Source: an uncultured Candidatus Saccharibacteria bacterium
Lineage (GTDB): Bacteria > Patescibacteriota > Dojkabacteria > SC72
Length of the DNA: 64,000 nt
Reading direction: 5' to 3'
Assembly: GCA_964560525.1 (NCBI GenBank)
Contig: CAZLLO010000001.1
Coordinates: 78,651-142,650, forward strand
Under the pieces are notes generated by a model. That model was not told the origin of the DNA, ran no database searches, and saw only the letters and a list, made by a program, of their open reading frames with translations. Each line of letters begins with the position of its first letter. Positions within the stretch are counted from its first letter, which is position 1. Of this stretch, positions 49,116 through 59,071 are shown in pieces. Both the position numbers and the translations under genes were made by a program.

Positions 49116-50144
49116 CTATTTATTTAACTCCTCTATCAACCTCTGGTAATACCTCAAATTGTGTATTGTAGCTAAGGTCATACCCGTAGCTTCACCCACC
49201 TTAAGCATTTGATGTACATATGCCCTACTATGATTCTTACAGGTATAACAATCACATTTAGAATCAATCGGTCTTTCATCAGTAGCATAATCCTGATTGG
49301 TAATCCTTAAAACCTCATCTCCAATATCAGAAGAATACAAAGTACCATGTCTAGCATTTCTAGTAACAAGTACAGTATCAAACACTGTATATCCAATCTT
49401 TGCAGCTCTACGAATATCTTCAGGTTTACCTACTCCCATAGCATATTTAAACTTATCCTTTGGAGTATTATCTATAACTGCTTTCATTTCATCAATCACT
49501 AACTCTCCTTCCTTATCTACTACAAACCCTCCAAAGTTATACCCATCAAACCCTATCTTAGTTAATTCTTCCGCACACTTCTTTCTCAAATCAGGGAAAT
49601 TAGCTCCTTGTACTACGCAACTCAAAAGTTTACCTGTCTCTTTAGTCCCACCATATACATTTTCAAAATGATCCTTACATCTTTTCGCCCATTTGATTGT
49701 CCTATCCACTGATTGTTCCGCCTCCTCCCTAGTTAAATCTGTACCTCTACAATCATCTAATGTAACTAAAATATCTGATCCAATTTTAATCTGTATATCA
49801 ATTGAACTTTCAGGAGTTAATTCATACACATCACCAGTCCATAGAGAGTGAAAAGTAGCTCCATTCTCGTGTACCTTACCCTTCCATTTACCAGAATGTA
49901 TTAATGAAAATACTTGAAATCCTCCCGAATCAGTTAAAACAATCCCATCCCAATTCATGAGCTTCTTAATCCCACCTAATTCCTTCATCTTCTCAGGACC
50001 TGGATTCATTAGTAAATGTAAAGTATTCGTAACAAGCGCAGTAGTTCCTGTTTCCTTTAATTGCTCAGTCGTGAGAAATCTAACCGCTCCTCTAGTGGCA
50101 TCAGGCATGAAAACAAATTTTTTACCAAAATCTTGTATATTCAT
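49116..50144 (-). CDS. tgt: tRNA-guanine transglycosylase
   Basis: FMPDAT, TDSGGFQ, TRNARHG, CDCYTC...H zinc site. Confidence 0.95.
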   Translation of the reverse strand: MNIQDFGKKFVFMPDATRGAVRFLTTEQLKETGTTALVTNTLHLLMNPGPEKMKELGGIKKLMNWDGIVLTDSGGFQVFSLIHSGKWKGKVHENGATFHSLWTGDVYELTPESSIDIQIKIGSDILVTLDDCRGTDLTREEAEQSVDRTIKWAKRCKDHFENVYGGTKETGKLLSCVVQGANFPDLRKKCAEELTKIGFDGYNFGGFVVDKEGELVIDEMKAVIDNTPKDKFKYAMGVGKPEDIRRAAKIGYTVFDTVLVTRNARHGTLYSSDIGDEVLRITNQDYATDERPIDSKCDCYTCKNHSRAYVHQMLKVGEATGMTLATIHNLRYYQRLIEELNK

Positions 50145-50146
50145 AG

Positions 50147-51172
50147 TTAGATTATTAACATGCTATCACCATAGCTAAGGAATTTATAATCGCGATCCAA
50201 TGCTTCTTGATATGCTTTCTTTATGAATTCTGTTCCTGCAAAAGAAGAAACCAATAATATGAGGCTTGAATCAGGCATATGGAAATTTGTAATCAAATGA
50301 TCCACACACTTCCATGTATATCCAGGATATATATACAACTTAGTCTCTCCCTCGTATTCATGAACAAAACCTTTCTCATCAGCCACACTTTCTAATGTTC
50401 TCGCAACTGTAGTTCCAAATGCCCAAATACTCTTTCCTTTCCGTTTAGCTTCATTAATAGCATCAACCGCTTCTATTGGGACATGAATTTCTTCTTTATG
50501 TATATCATGTTCCTCTATATTTTCCTCCCGAATGGGTGCAAATGTTCCCCACCCAACTTTAAGCTCTACTTTGGCGATTTTAACGCCTTTCTGCTGTATT
50601 TGGGCTAGTATTTCATCTGTTAGGTTTAAACTCGCTGTAGGAGCCGCTACAGAGCCTAAGAGGCGTGCAAATACGGTGTTGTATCTTACATAATCTTCCT
50701 TAGTATCAGGTCTTTTCATATATGGAGGAATTGGGGTATGCCCTATCTTGTCAAAGATCTTTTCTCCTTCTTCAGCAATTGGTTCTACCAAGAATCCCAT
50801 GCCACTTCTCTCACTAATTTTTATCTTGATATTTTCATCTTCCTCACCTCTCAGAATATCCCCAGGTTTTACATATCTTGACCCTTTTATGAGGCAATAC
50901 CATCTTCCATCCCCTATTCTATTTAAGAAAAGTACTTCTAGTCTTCTTTCATTTTCTGTTAAGAAGAATGTTCTTCGCTTCTCAACCTTCGTTTCATTAA
51001 GTACCACCACATCTCCAGGTTGTATGTATTCAGGGATATTGAAATATTTCTTGTGATCTAAACTTCCATTTTTTCTATCTAGAACAAGTAGGTTTGTAGT
51101 ACCTCTTACTTCTGGTGGAAATTTAGCTATCTTCTCCTCTGGTAAATTGTATATGAATTCCGACATTTTCAT
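50147..51172 (-). CDS. queA: SAM:tRNA ribosyltransferase-isomerase
   Basis: PIPPY, AAPTA, GTTVARTLE, TNFH, FLSYGD. Confidence 0.96.
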   Translation of the reverse strand: MKMSEFIYNLPEEKIAKFPPEVRGTTNLLVLDRKNGSLDHKKYFNIPEYIQPGDVVVLNETKVEKRRTFFLTENERRLEVLFLNRIGDGRWYCLIKGSRYVKPGDILRGEEDENIKIKISERSGMGFLVEPIAEEGEKIFDKIGHTPIPPYMKRPDTKEDYVRYNTVFARLLGSVAAPTASLNLTDEILAQIQQKGVKIAKVELKVGWGTFAPIREENIEEHDIHKEEIHVPIEAVDAINEAKRKGKSIWAFGTTVARTLESVADEKGFVHEYEGETKLYIYPGYTWKCVDHLITNFHMPDSSLILLVSSFAGTEFIKKAYQEALDRDYKFLSYGDSMLII

Positions 51173-51219
51173 GGTTCGTATTATATCAATTTTTCGTGGA
51201 TTAAGTTAAAATTAGGAAT

Positions 51220-52194
51220 ATGAGAGACTTAATGAAGGAACCTGTAAAAATACTATTTCTTGGAACGGGATGGGAATCTGTCGCGACCTTAAAAGCACTT
51301 CTTGAAGACAAAAGATTCGATATTGTAGGAGTTATAACCACACCTGATAAATTGGTTGGAAGAAAACAGATATCTACTCCATCGGAGGTTAAAGAATGTG
51401 CCATAGAAAATGGTATCCCCGTATTTCATACAGACAAGAAGCCAGAGTTGTATCAAAAAGCTTTAGACAAATTTAAACCTGAATTAGTTGTATGTAAGGC
51501 TTTTGGGGAAATTATTCCTAAAGAATTTTTAGAATATCCAAAATACAAATGTATCAATGTTCATTTCTCAATATTACCTAAGTATCGTGGAGCTGTTCCT
51601 ATCCAGAAAGCCATCTTAGATGGTCAAAGGGTTACTGGTATTTCTATTATGCTTATGTCCGAAGGTCTAGATGAAGGAGATGTCTTGGATATCTATGAAG
51701 AAGAAATTAAATCCGATGATACTAATCTTTCATTAAGACAGAGGTTAGTTAAGAAGAGTGCAGAGATTTTGGGTGATGTCTTGGAGAAATGGATTAATGG
51801 TGGGATATCCGCAAGAAAGCAGATTGATGAAGAGGCTACATATTGTTGGCAAAAGGATATTTCAAAGGAGAATGCAGAGACTGATTGGCAGAACAAAACT
51901 CCACAGGAGATAGAAAGAATGGTGCGTGCTTTCATTCCATGGCCCATTGCTTGGACCAAGCTTTCTACAAACTTGAATAAGAATATTGCGGGAAAGATTA
52001 TGAAAATTTTTAGAGCTGAATTAGTAGAAGTTCCTTCAGAAAAAGATCCAGGTGATATTTTCAAGAAGGATAGCATGGTGCTATTTGCTACCCGAGATCC
52101 ACTCGTATGCCTAAGGGTAATGGAATTCCAGATTGAAGGAAGAAACAAAACCAATGAGAGAGAATTTCTAAACGGTATCGGTAGAGATATCTAA
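51220..52194 (+). CDS. fmt: Methionyl-tRNA formyltransferase
   Basis: NVHFSILPKYRGAVPIQ, RAFIPWP. Confidence 0.95.
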   Translation: MRDLMKEPVKILFLGTGWESVATLKALLEDKRFDIVGVITTPDKLVGRKQISTPSEVKECAIENGIPVFHTDKKPELYQKALDKFKPELVVCKAFGEIIPKEFLEYPKYKCINVHFSILPKYRGAVPIQKAILDGQRVTGISIMLMSEGLDEGDVLDIYEEEIKSDDTNLSLRQRLVKKSAEILGDVLEKWINGGISARKQIDEEATYCWQKDISKENAETDWQNKTPQEIERMVRAFIPWPIAWTKLSTNLNKNIAGKIMKIFRAELVEVPSEKDPGDIFKKDSMVLFATRDPLVCLRVMEFQIEGRNKTNEREFLNGIGRDI

Positions 52195-52196
52195 CC

Positions 52197-52218
52197 AGGG
52201 CAGCCTTAGGGCTACCCT
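52197..52218. repeat. REP-like imperfect palindrome, copy 1
   Basis: AGGGCAGCC-TTAG-GGCTACCCT. Confidence 0.75.
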
Positions 52219-52241
52219 CTGTTCACTATTTATTCATATTT

Positions 52242-52706
52242 CTAACGTTCTTGGTTTAGTTTCTTGATATACAACCATCTATAGTTATCTGGGTCACCCC
52301 CACCAACCAAATCACTTTCTAATGGGTTATTTCTTACATATTTAATTGTGTTATCCAAATCTACTGCTCCAATAATTCTTCTTACTTGAAAAGGTCCTTG
52401 AAACAAATGCCCAGCCTTTTGATATTTACGATTAAAGTAAGTTACATAAGCAGTCATAAAACAGCCCATTAATTTCGGAATCGTCTTCCAATTCAGCCCA
52501 CATTTAAAAATAAAATGATAATGATTTGGCATATAACAATAAACAATCAACAAAATCTTATATTTTTTTATGTATCTATACATAAGATTTTGAAAAGTTA
52601 TGTAGTCTTTTTCTCTTCGGAAAATCTTTTCTTTATGATTCCCCCTATTGTATATATGATAATAAGAATTGGGTTTGTATATTGTATCGTTTTTGTTTTT
52701 CTTCAT
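52242..52706 (-). mobile_element. Y1 HUH tyrosine transposase (RAYT/IS200-like)
   Basis: YHIYNRG, YCYMPNHYH (HUH), GHLFQ, YVRNNP (catalytic Tyr). Confidence 0.9.
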
Positions 52707-52747
52707 TTATAAAGAATAACAAAGACAAATGAACTTTCTCTGAAGTA

Positions 52748-52769
52748 AGGGCAGTCTTAGGGCAGCCCT
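52748..52769. repeat. REP-like imperfect palindrome, copy 2
   Basis: AGGGCAGTC-TTAG-GGCAGCCCT; 19/22 identical to copy 1, same orientation. Confidence 0.75.
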
Positions 52770-52781
52770 GGAATGTGAAGT

Positions 52782-53084
52782 GCGCAAGCACCCAATAAGC
52801 CGAATTCTGTTTATGATGATTATCTATCTAAGCGGTTTTAACCTTGCTCTAGGTGGGGGTTGCCTCGCAATATTGTATTACTACAATACCCGGTGGTCTC
52901 TTACACCACCATTTCACCCTTACCTCTTTCGAGGCGGTATAACTTTCTGTTGCCCTTTTAACCAAAAGATCACTCCCTTCCAGCTCACACTGGCACCTAT
53001 CTCGAAATATTCGAGACCGACATAGAGTCCGGACTTTCCTCTCTCACCAAAATAGCAAGAGCAATCATCTAGGAATACTTGCGC
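52782..53084 (-). ncRNA. rnpB: RNase P RNA
   Basis: GAGGAAAGTCCGG, ACAGAAA, GGGTGAAA, GAGCAAG, ACAGAATTCGGCTTA; P1 GCGCAAGTA/TGCTTGCGC. Confidence 0.95.
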
Positions 53085-53095
53085 CCTGTATTATA

Positions 53096-53971
53096 CTATT
53101 TTTTAGCCCTCTTCTGAATGATTATTACAGGAACCACGACTGCAGCTATTACAGGAGAGAATACAACCACATATATAAGACCTGTTCCTAAGAATTTCGC
53201 AAATCCAACCAATGCTCTACCTGCATCCTTTAGGATACCTAATGGTAACCATTCGTTATCTGAAAGCTGAGAACCTGTTGAACTCTGAGATATAACAATT
53301 GAGATGTATGAATAGCTTGTTTGGTTATCTAAATTTTTGATTTGTGCTTGTAATTCCTCGATTTGGGTTCTGGTTGTAGAAAGTTCTCTTTGTACGGCTA
53401 ATATATCTGTTACAGTTTTTGCTTGTTTCAATACGCCACTTAATTGTGTCTCTAAGGTTTGCAAATTCTTTAATCTCGCTTGAAGATCCTCAACTGTCTC
53501 GGTAACATCAGATGTCCCTGTTGAAGAATATGTGAATTCTCCTGGTAATAGCTTTATATCATTGTAGAATTCCTCAAATTTTGATTGCTCAACTTTAATT
53601 GTAATACTAATGTATCTTGCAGATCCTTTTCCTGAATCTTGGGAAGTTGTTGTTTCTGCTTTGTATTCTGATTCTAAGTCTGAAATTGATTTAGTGGTTG
53701 CGTCCATATCATCTGCTGACATAGAGATATATGCTGTCTTAATTACAGATTCACTCCCATTCGAGCTAGGAAGCTTTGCACTATCCATATATACACCGCC
53801 ATAGGACGAGTCTTCTGCAATTTCTGGGCTTAATGATGAGACTGTATTTCCAACAGATTCTGTGGATGTTCTTTGAGCATATGAAATAATCATGTATGCT
53901 ACAAACATTCCTACCATCGTGAAAGGTATAACTAAAGCTAATATCCAATATTTCTTTGTGGATTTTTCCAT
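53096..53971 (-). CDS. DUF4349 domain protein
   Basis: DVTE..DLQARL...DILAVQREL coiled coil; terminal TMs. Confidence 0.85.
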   Translation of the reverse strand: MEKSTKKYWILALVIPFTMVGMFVAYMIISYAQRTSTESVGNTVSSLSPEIAEDSSYGGVYMDSAKLPSSNGSESVIKTAYISMSADDMDATTKSISDLESEYKAETTTSQDSGKGSARYISITIKVEQSKFEEFYNDIKLLPGEFTYSSTGTSDVTETVEDLQARLKNLQTLETQLSGVLKQAKTVTDILAVQRELSTTRTQIEELQAQIKNLDNQTSYSYISIVISQSSTGSQLSDNEWLPLGILKDAGRALVGFAKFLGTGLIYVVVFSPVIAAVVVPVIIIQKRAKK

Positions 53972-54040
53972 ATATGCGAAGTATTAACTTAGATACAGTT
54001 AAATACTACGATATCCGAAAATTGATAGCAAATAGAAGAC

Positions 54041-54433
54041 CTAACGCTTTGAGAACTGTGGTTTCTTTCTTGCTTTGACGTGATTGTATTTCTTTCTTTC
54101 TACTTCTCTTGGGTCTCTTGTAACAAGATTTTCTTTTCTAAGAGATGGTTTGATAGTTGCATCCATAACACATAATGCTCTAGCCATACCAAGTCTAATA
54201 GCATCTGCTTGCCCTGTAATACCTCCACCATCTACATGAGCGGTGAAGTAATATTTACCCTCAAGACCTGCAACTGTTAATGGCTTGATAACATAGAGTT
54301 CTGCTTTATTCATATTCTTTAAATAATCAACAGCAGCGACACCATTGATGGTAGAAGCTTTATCTCCTTTATATACTCTTACTCTTGCTGTAGATGTTTT
54401 TCTTCTTCCGATACCTTCAAAATACTTCTCCAC
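54041..54433 (-). CDS. rpsI: 30S ribosomal protein S9
   Basis: GRRKTS, GGGITGQA, QFSKR. Confidence 0.97.
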   Translation of the reverse strand: MEKYFEGIGRRKTSTARVRVYKGDKASTINGVAAVDYLKNMNKAELYVIKPLTVAGLEGKYYFTAHVDGGGITGQADAIRLGMARALCVMDATIKPSLRKENLVTRDPREVERKKYNHVKARKKPQFSKR

Positions 54434-54444
54434 TGTTTATATAT

Positions 54445-54879
54445 TTAAAATTTAATCTCAACAGGTTTCTGACCACTCTGTTTATGCTCAGCACCTTTAT
54501 ATACGAATAATCTAGCCATCCTAGGAGCTCTAAGTTTGTTCTGAGGAAGCATTGTTATTACCGCATCCTGAATAATCTTAGTTGAATCTAGTTTCAACTG
54601 CTCTGCAAATGGTGTGGTTTTTAAGCCTCCAGGAAAACCTGAGTGTCTGTAATATACCTTCTTTAGCTCTTTCTCACGTGTTAATTTGATATCATCGGAA
54701 TTGAGAACAATTACATAATCTCCACAATCAACATTTGGAACATTCTCTACTTTTGATTTACCTATTAATAAGGATGCTATCTTTGTAGCAACTTTTCCTA
54801 GTATCTGGTCTTTAACATCAACTACATACCAATTTCTAGTTACATCTTCTTTTTTTGTCCAAGTTGTCTTGTATTTCAT
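54445..54879 (-). CDS. rplM: 50S ribosomal protein L13
   Basis: WYVVD, DCGDYVIV, HSGFPGG. Confidence 0.97.
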   Translation of the reverse strand: MKYKTTWTKKEDVTRNWYVVDVKDQILGKVATKIASLLIGKSKVENVPNVDCGDYVIVLNSDDIKLTREKELKKVYYRHSGFPGGLKTTPFAEQLKLDSTKIIQDAVITMLPQNKLRAPRMARLFVYKGAEHKQSGQKPVEIKF

Positions 54880-54896
54880 TCTGATTTACTAATTAA

Positions 54897-55427
54897 TTAA
54901 AGTCCTGATCGAGATTTTGCTCTCTCTGTTTTCTTAATAACGGTAGTCTTACTTACTGCTTTTACACCTCTATCCAAGATATTCTTTACTGGCTTGATTA
55001 CTGGTGTAGGTTTCTCTTCTTTAACTTCCTCTTTCTTTGTAACTTTCTCTGCTTTTGTAGTTACTTTTATTTTCTTCTTTTCTAAACCTATTAGCTCTAC
55101 CTTTGATTTCTCACCATTATCACCTTTTCTGAAGCCAATTTTTATAACTCTAACACCTGCGATTTCTTTTTCCGCGTATTCTACAAATTTCTTCACAAGA
55201 CCATCTTCTTTCAAAACTACGGCTAACTCTCTTCTAAAAGAAAGCTCTCCTTTTTTCTTTTTTCCTTGTGCAATTAATGACTGAGCATTACTTCTCAAAA
55301 CTTTTGCTTTTGGAGATGTTGTAACAACATGTCCATTCTCAAAAAGAGATCTAAGTTGATTAATCATCAAAGCTTTTCTATTTGATGTTTTTCTTCCTAG
55401 TTTTGATTTCTTAACTCCCTTATACAT
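54897..55427 (-). CDS. rplQ: 50S ribosomal protein L17 with Lys-rich tail
   Basis: KLGR, TTSPKAK, RKGD. Confidence 0.93.
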   Translation of the reverse strand: MYKGVKKSKLGRKTSNRKALMINQLRSLFENGHVVTTSPKAKVLRSNAQSLIAQGKKKKGELSFRRELAVVLKEDGLVKKFVEYAEKEIAGVRVIKIGFRKGDNGEKSKVELIGLEKKKIKVTTKAEKVTKKEEVKEEKPTPVIKPVKNILDRGVKAVSKTTVIKKTERAKSRSGL

Positions 55428-55432
55428 GTTTT

Positions 55433-56395
55433 CTAGCTTTTAATATTAACGTTATACTGGTTTAATAACTCGATAACTTCATTGAGAGATTTGTTTCCAA
55501 ATCCTGGTAAGTTCAATAGCTCTGTTGCTGTTGTATTTCTCAAATCTGCAATTGTCTTGTATCCACCTGCTAATAGACCTGTCTTAGATCTCTTAGATAT
55601 TGGTAAGTCCTCAACTTTCCATGATCCAATCTCATCGCTATCCTCTACAGATGTCTCAGTTACTAGCTCTGCTTTGTTTGCTTCTTCTGCTCTCTCTTCG
55701 ACTTCTTTCTGTGACATTCCCATTGCAATCATTACTTTTCCTGAGAATTCTTGTAATATCTTTGATGCTTCTAAAAGTGCATCTTTTGGTGTAATACTTC
55801 CATCTGTGGTAACACCAATCAATACTGCGTCTAGGTCGGTTTCCTGACCCTTACGAGCTTGTTCTACACTTAGGCTAATTTTCTCAATAGGTGTAAAATC
55901 ACAGTCTAGAGGAATCAAACCAACTTCTTTTCTCTCTGCATTTTTAACATCTCTGTATCCAATACCTGATTCTACTGTAATTTCCATATTCAATTTAGAA
56001 CCTGCATCTGTTAAAGTAGCTATTACTAAATCTTTATTAACAACTTCTAAATCTCCATTTACTGCAATATCACCTGCAGTTACAACTTTCTTTCCTTTTG
56101 CAGATAGCTTACATGTGAATTTATCGTCCATGTTTGTTTTGAATTTGACCTGCTTTAGATTCAATATGATATCTACAACATTTTCTTTGATTCCATCAAT
56201 TGCAGAATATTCATGGCTAACACCATCTATTCTTACACTTGTGATTCCAGATCCCTTAAGACTTGAATACAATATTCTTCTCAAAGCATTTCCTAATGTA
56301 TGACCATACCCTCTTGAGAGAGGAGATATTTCAAAAAGACCATAGTTTCCTTCTTCTTCTTTGATTACTACTTTAATATCTTTAAAAGCTTCCAT
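55433..56395 (-). CDS. rpoA: RNA polymerase alpha subunit
   Basis: GYGHTLGNALRR, HEYS, FGNKSLNE. Confidence 0.97.
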   Translation of the reverse strand: MEAFKDIKVVIKEEEGNYGLFEISPLSRGYGHTLGNALRRILYSSLKGSGITSVRIDGVSHEYSAIDGIKENVVDIILNLKQVKFKTNMDDKFTCKLSAKGKKVVTAGDIAVNGDLEVVNKDLVIATLTDAGSKLNMEITVESGIGYRDVKNAERKEVGLIPLDCDFTPIEKISLSVEQARKGQETDLDAVLIGVTTDGSITPKDALLEASKILQEFSGKVMIAMGMSQKEVEERAEEANKAELVTETSVEDSDEIGSWKVEDLPISKRSKTGLLAGGYKTIADLRNTTATELLNLPGFGNKSLNEVIELLNQYNVNIKS

Positions 56396-56413
56396 GTAGA
56401 TATATATATAAAA

Positions 56414-57025
56414 TTATCTAGAGTAGAACTCTATGATTAGGTTCTCCTTGATACCTTCGTCAATTTCTTCCCTTACAGGCATTCTTGATACCTTAGAGTT
56501 GAGATCTTTTCTCTCGATCCACTCTGGTGTTGGGAATAATTGCTGATCTGGTGCCAATTTGGCTAATTTCAATGTAATGGTATCACCCTCTTTTACTTCA
56601 TATGATGGAATAGTGAATTTCTTTCCATTTAGTAATATATTTCCGTGTACAACTGCCTGTCTTGCAGCTCCTCTTGAAGGAGTTAAGCCTGAAAGATAGA
56701 CAACATTATCCAATCTCAATTCTAGCAATCTTAAAAGCTCAATACCTTTATCTGTATTTCTTGTCTTTGCTCTTCTATCTGCTTCCTGATATACAGATTT
56801 CATCTTTCTCTCTCTTAATCCGTAGGTTCTTTTAACTTTCTGCTTTTCTCTCAATTGTAATCCGTAGTTAGATAATCTTGCCTTTCTTGCATTACCATGT
56901 TGGCCAGGAGCAAAAGGTCTTCTTTCAACACCATTCTTTTCAGAAAATGATCTTGCACCTTTGAGATGAAGATTTACACCTTCTCTTCTACTTAGTTTTT
57001 CTTTTGGCCCTGTATATCTTCCCAT
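56414..57025 (-). CDS. rpsD: 30S ribosomal protein S4
   Basis: MGRYTGP, PGQHG, LELRLDNVV. Confidence 0.97.
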   Translation of the reverse strand: MGRYTGPKEKLSRREGVNLHLKGARSFSEKNGVERRPFAPGQHGNARKARLSNYGLQLREKQKVKRTYGLRERKMKSVYQEADRRAKTRNTDKGIELLRLLELRLDNVVYLSGLTPSRGAARQAVVHGNILLNGKKFTIPSYEVKEGDTITLKLAKLAPDQQLFPTPEWIERKDLNSKVSRMPVREEIDEGIKENLIIEFYSR

Positions 57026-57050
57026 CTAAATAAATATGTATAAATATTAA

Positions 57051-57443
57051 CTACTTTCTAGGTATCTTTCTTGGTCGGCATCCATTATGTGGAATAGGAG
57101 TTCTATCTACTAGCATTGTGACTTTTAATCCTGCAGAATCCAGACCCTTGATAGCCGCATTTCTACCAGCTCCAGGTCCTTTAATAAATGCCTTTACTTC
57201 TTTAAGTCCATATTTCTTAATAACTCTTTCTGCTAATTCTGTAGCTGCTTTTGTAGCTGCAAATGCAGTGCTTCTTTTTGCACCTTTAAAACCAACAGCA
57301 CTTGGACTTCCCTGACCTAATACTTCTCCAGCATCATCTGTTAATGTAACAATTGTATTGTTAAATGTAGATTGTACAAAAGCCATTCCTGTTGTTACGT
57401 TCTTCTTTGCTTTTGTTTTTTTCTTAGTCTTGGTTTCTGCCAT
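57051..57443 (-). CDS. rpsK: 30S ribosomal protein S11
   Basis: STFNNTIV, TPIPHNGCRP. Confidence 0.97.
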   Translation of the reverse strand: MAETKTKKKTKAKKNVTTGMAFVQSTFNNTIVTLTDDAGEVLGQGSPSAVGFKGAKRSTAFAATKAATELAERVIKKYGLKEVKAFIKGPGAGRNAAIKGLDSAGLKVTMLVDRTPIPHNGCRPRKIPRK

Positions 57444-57460
57444 TTTTATAATATATGATG

Positions 57461-57844
57461 TTAAGTCTTAGCTAATACTCTCTTCAAACCTCCAATTGCT
57501 CTACTCTTTCCTTTTCTAGTGTGAGCATTGTGTCTTGTTCTTTGTCCTCTAACAGGTAAACCCAACTTATGTCGGATTCCTCTGTAGCATCTAATATCTT
57601 TAAGTATCTTAATATCTCTAAATATTTCTTGTCTTAATGCACCTTCTAATTTGTAGTTCTCTTCTATGTATTTTCTAATAACATCTAGTTGAGCTTCAGA
57701 AAGATCCTTAACAAGAGTATTCTCTTCGATATTAGTATCCTTACAGACATCATGTGCTCTTTTAGTTCCAATACCATAAACATTCATAAGAGACACCCAT
57801 AACTTCTTATCATTTGGAATTTCAATACCTGCGATTCTTGCCAT
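57461..57844 (-). CDS. rpsM: 30S ribosomal protein S13
   Basis: MARIAG, YGIG, LPVRGQRT. Confidence 0.97.
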   Translation of the reverse strand: MARIAGIEIPNDKKLWVSLMNVYGIGTKRAHDVCKDTNIEENTLVKDLSEAQLDVIRKYIEENYKLEGALRQEIFRDIKILKDIRCYRGIRHKLGLPVRGQRTRHNAHTRKGKSRAIGGLKRVLAKT

Positions 57845-57873
57845 CTTAAATTTGTCTAAACTAAAAAGTTAAA

Positions 57874-57990
57874 TTAACCCTGTCTCTGTTTATGCTTAGG
57901 ATTCTTTTTACAATATACAAAAACTCTTCCACCTCTCTTTACTGAGTAACAATCTGGACATCTTTTTTTTGCAGAGGCTTGGACTTTCAT
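57874..57990 (-). CDS. rpmJ: 50S ribosomal protein L36 (below the ORF-track cutoff)
   Basis: Manual translation [38 protein letters not shown]. Confidence 0.96.
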   Translation of the reverse strand: MKVQASAKKRCPDCYSVKRGGRVFVYCKKNPKHKQRQG

Positions 57991-57994
57991 ATTA

Positions 57995-58228
57995 TTAATT
58001 CATTGATCTAAAAGTAATTCTACCTTTTTCCTTATCATAGGGCGTCATTTCTATCTTTACCTTATCTCCTTCGAGAATTCTGATAAAGTGCATTCGCATC
58101 TTTCCAGAGAGATATCCTATGACGTTATGCTTAGAACCATTCACATCGATTTCTACTACAAATTGAGTATTTGGAAGACATTCTTTGATAACCCCCTCAA
58201 ACTCAAAAACTTTTTTACTATCAACCAT
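57995..58228 (-). CDS. infA: Translation initiation factor IF-1
   Basis: [24 protein letters not shown]; ATG at 58228. Confidence 0.95.
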   Translation of the reverse strand: MVDSKKVFEFEGVIKECLPNTQFVVEIDVNGSKHNVIGYLSGKMRMHFIRILEGDKVKIEMTPYDKEKGRITFRSMN

Positions 58229-58369
58229 AGTAGAATCTTTCTTTCTATGTAAATGAATCTCAGGAATTATATCAGAATAAGAGCATTCTTTCAACAGAAA
58301 ATGCTAATTCTGTATATAATCTTGCGATACATAACGGAACAGGGAAAGGATATCAAAAATTTAAACTAT

Positions 58370-59017
58370 TTACAAGTTCAATTTTGCTACAATTTCCTTA
58401 TGGATAACCTCTATAGAAGGACTTGCGTCTACTTCTACAAGAATTCCTCTGTTTTTGTATTCATTCAATATCGGTTCAATAGTCGTTAGATACTCCTGAT
58501 ATAGACTCTTTGTTTTATCAAGGGTATCGTCTTCTCTTTGTATTAACCTCATTCCACAGTTGTCACAATAGCCTTCAATTCTCTCGGGTTTGTATTTTTT
58601 ATGATACGTACCATTGCAATTAGGACATGTCCACCTCAATGCTTTTCGCTCTATGACAACATCTTCTGTAAGTTTTAGATGCACAAAAGTATCTAATGGT
58701 CGATTACATTCTTTCAAGACGTTATCAAACAATGCTATCTGCCCTTCTCGTCTAACAACAGATACAAAAACCCAGTTTTTAGTATTATCAAATTTAGAGA
58801 GCCATTTGGGAAACATTCTGTATGTAAGGTCATCTGGAACAAATACACCTTTTCCCCAGTATTCATGCGCCTTGATACCATCAACATCTCCCATATCGTA
58901 CATAGTTCTAAACATTTCTCCTGTACCTATTTTTTCAAATCCATATTTTTCTACAAGAAGATCGGCTTGTGTGTCTTTACCGCATCCAGAAGGCCCATGA
59001 AAGAGGATAGTTTTCAT
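58370..59017 (-). CDS. adk: Adenylate kinase with zinc lid
   Basis: GPSGCGKDTQA, CPNC/CDNC, QREDD; follows secY. Confidence 0.88.
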   Translation of the reverse strand: MKTILFHGPSGCGKDTQADLLVEKYGFEKIGTGEMFRTMYDMGDVDGIKAHEYWGKGVFVPDDLTYRMFPKWLSKFDNTKNWVFVSVVRREGQIALFDNVLKECNRPLDTFVHLKLTEDVVIERKALRWTCPNCNGTYHKKYKPERIEGYCDNCGMRLIQREDDTLDKTKSLYQEYLTTIEPILNEYKNRGILVEVDASPSIEVIHKEIVAKLNL

Positions 59018-59071
59018 ATATCTAGCACTAACTTATCTTATATATGGATTATTGTAACACAAAACAAACTT

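Noticed and set aside
52780-53025. 81-aa + strand ORF
   Set aside because: Antisense shadow of the RNase P RNA
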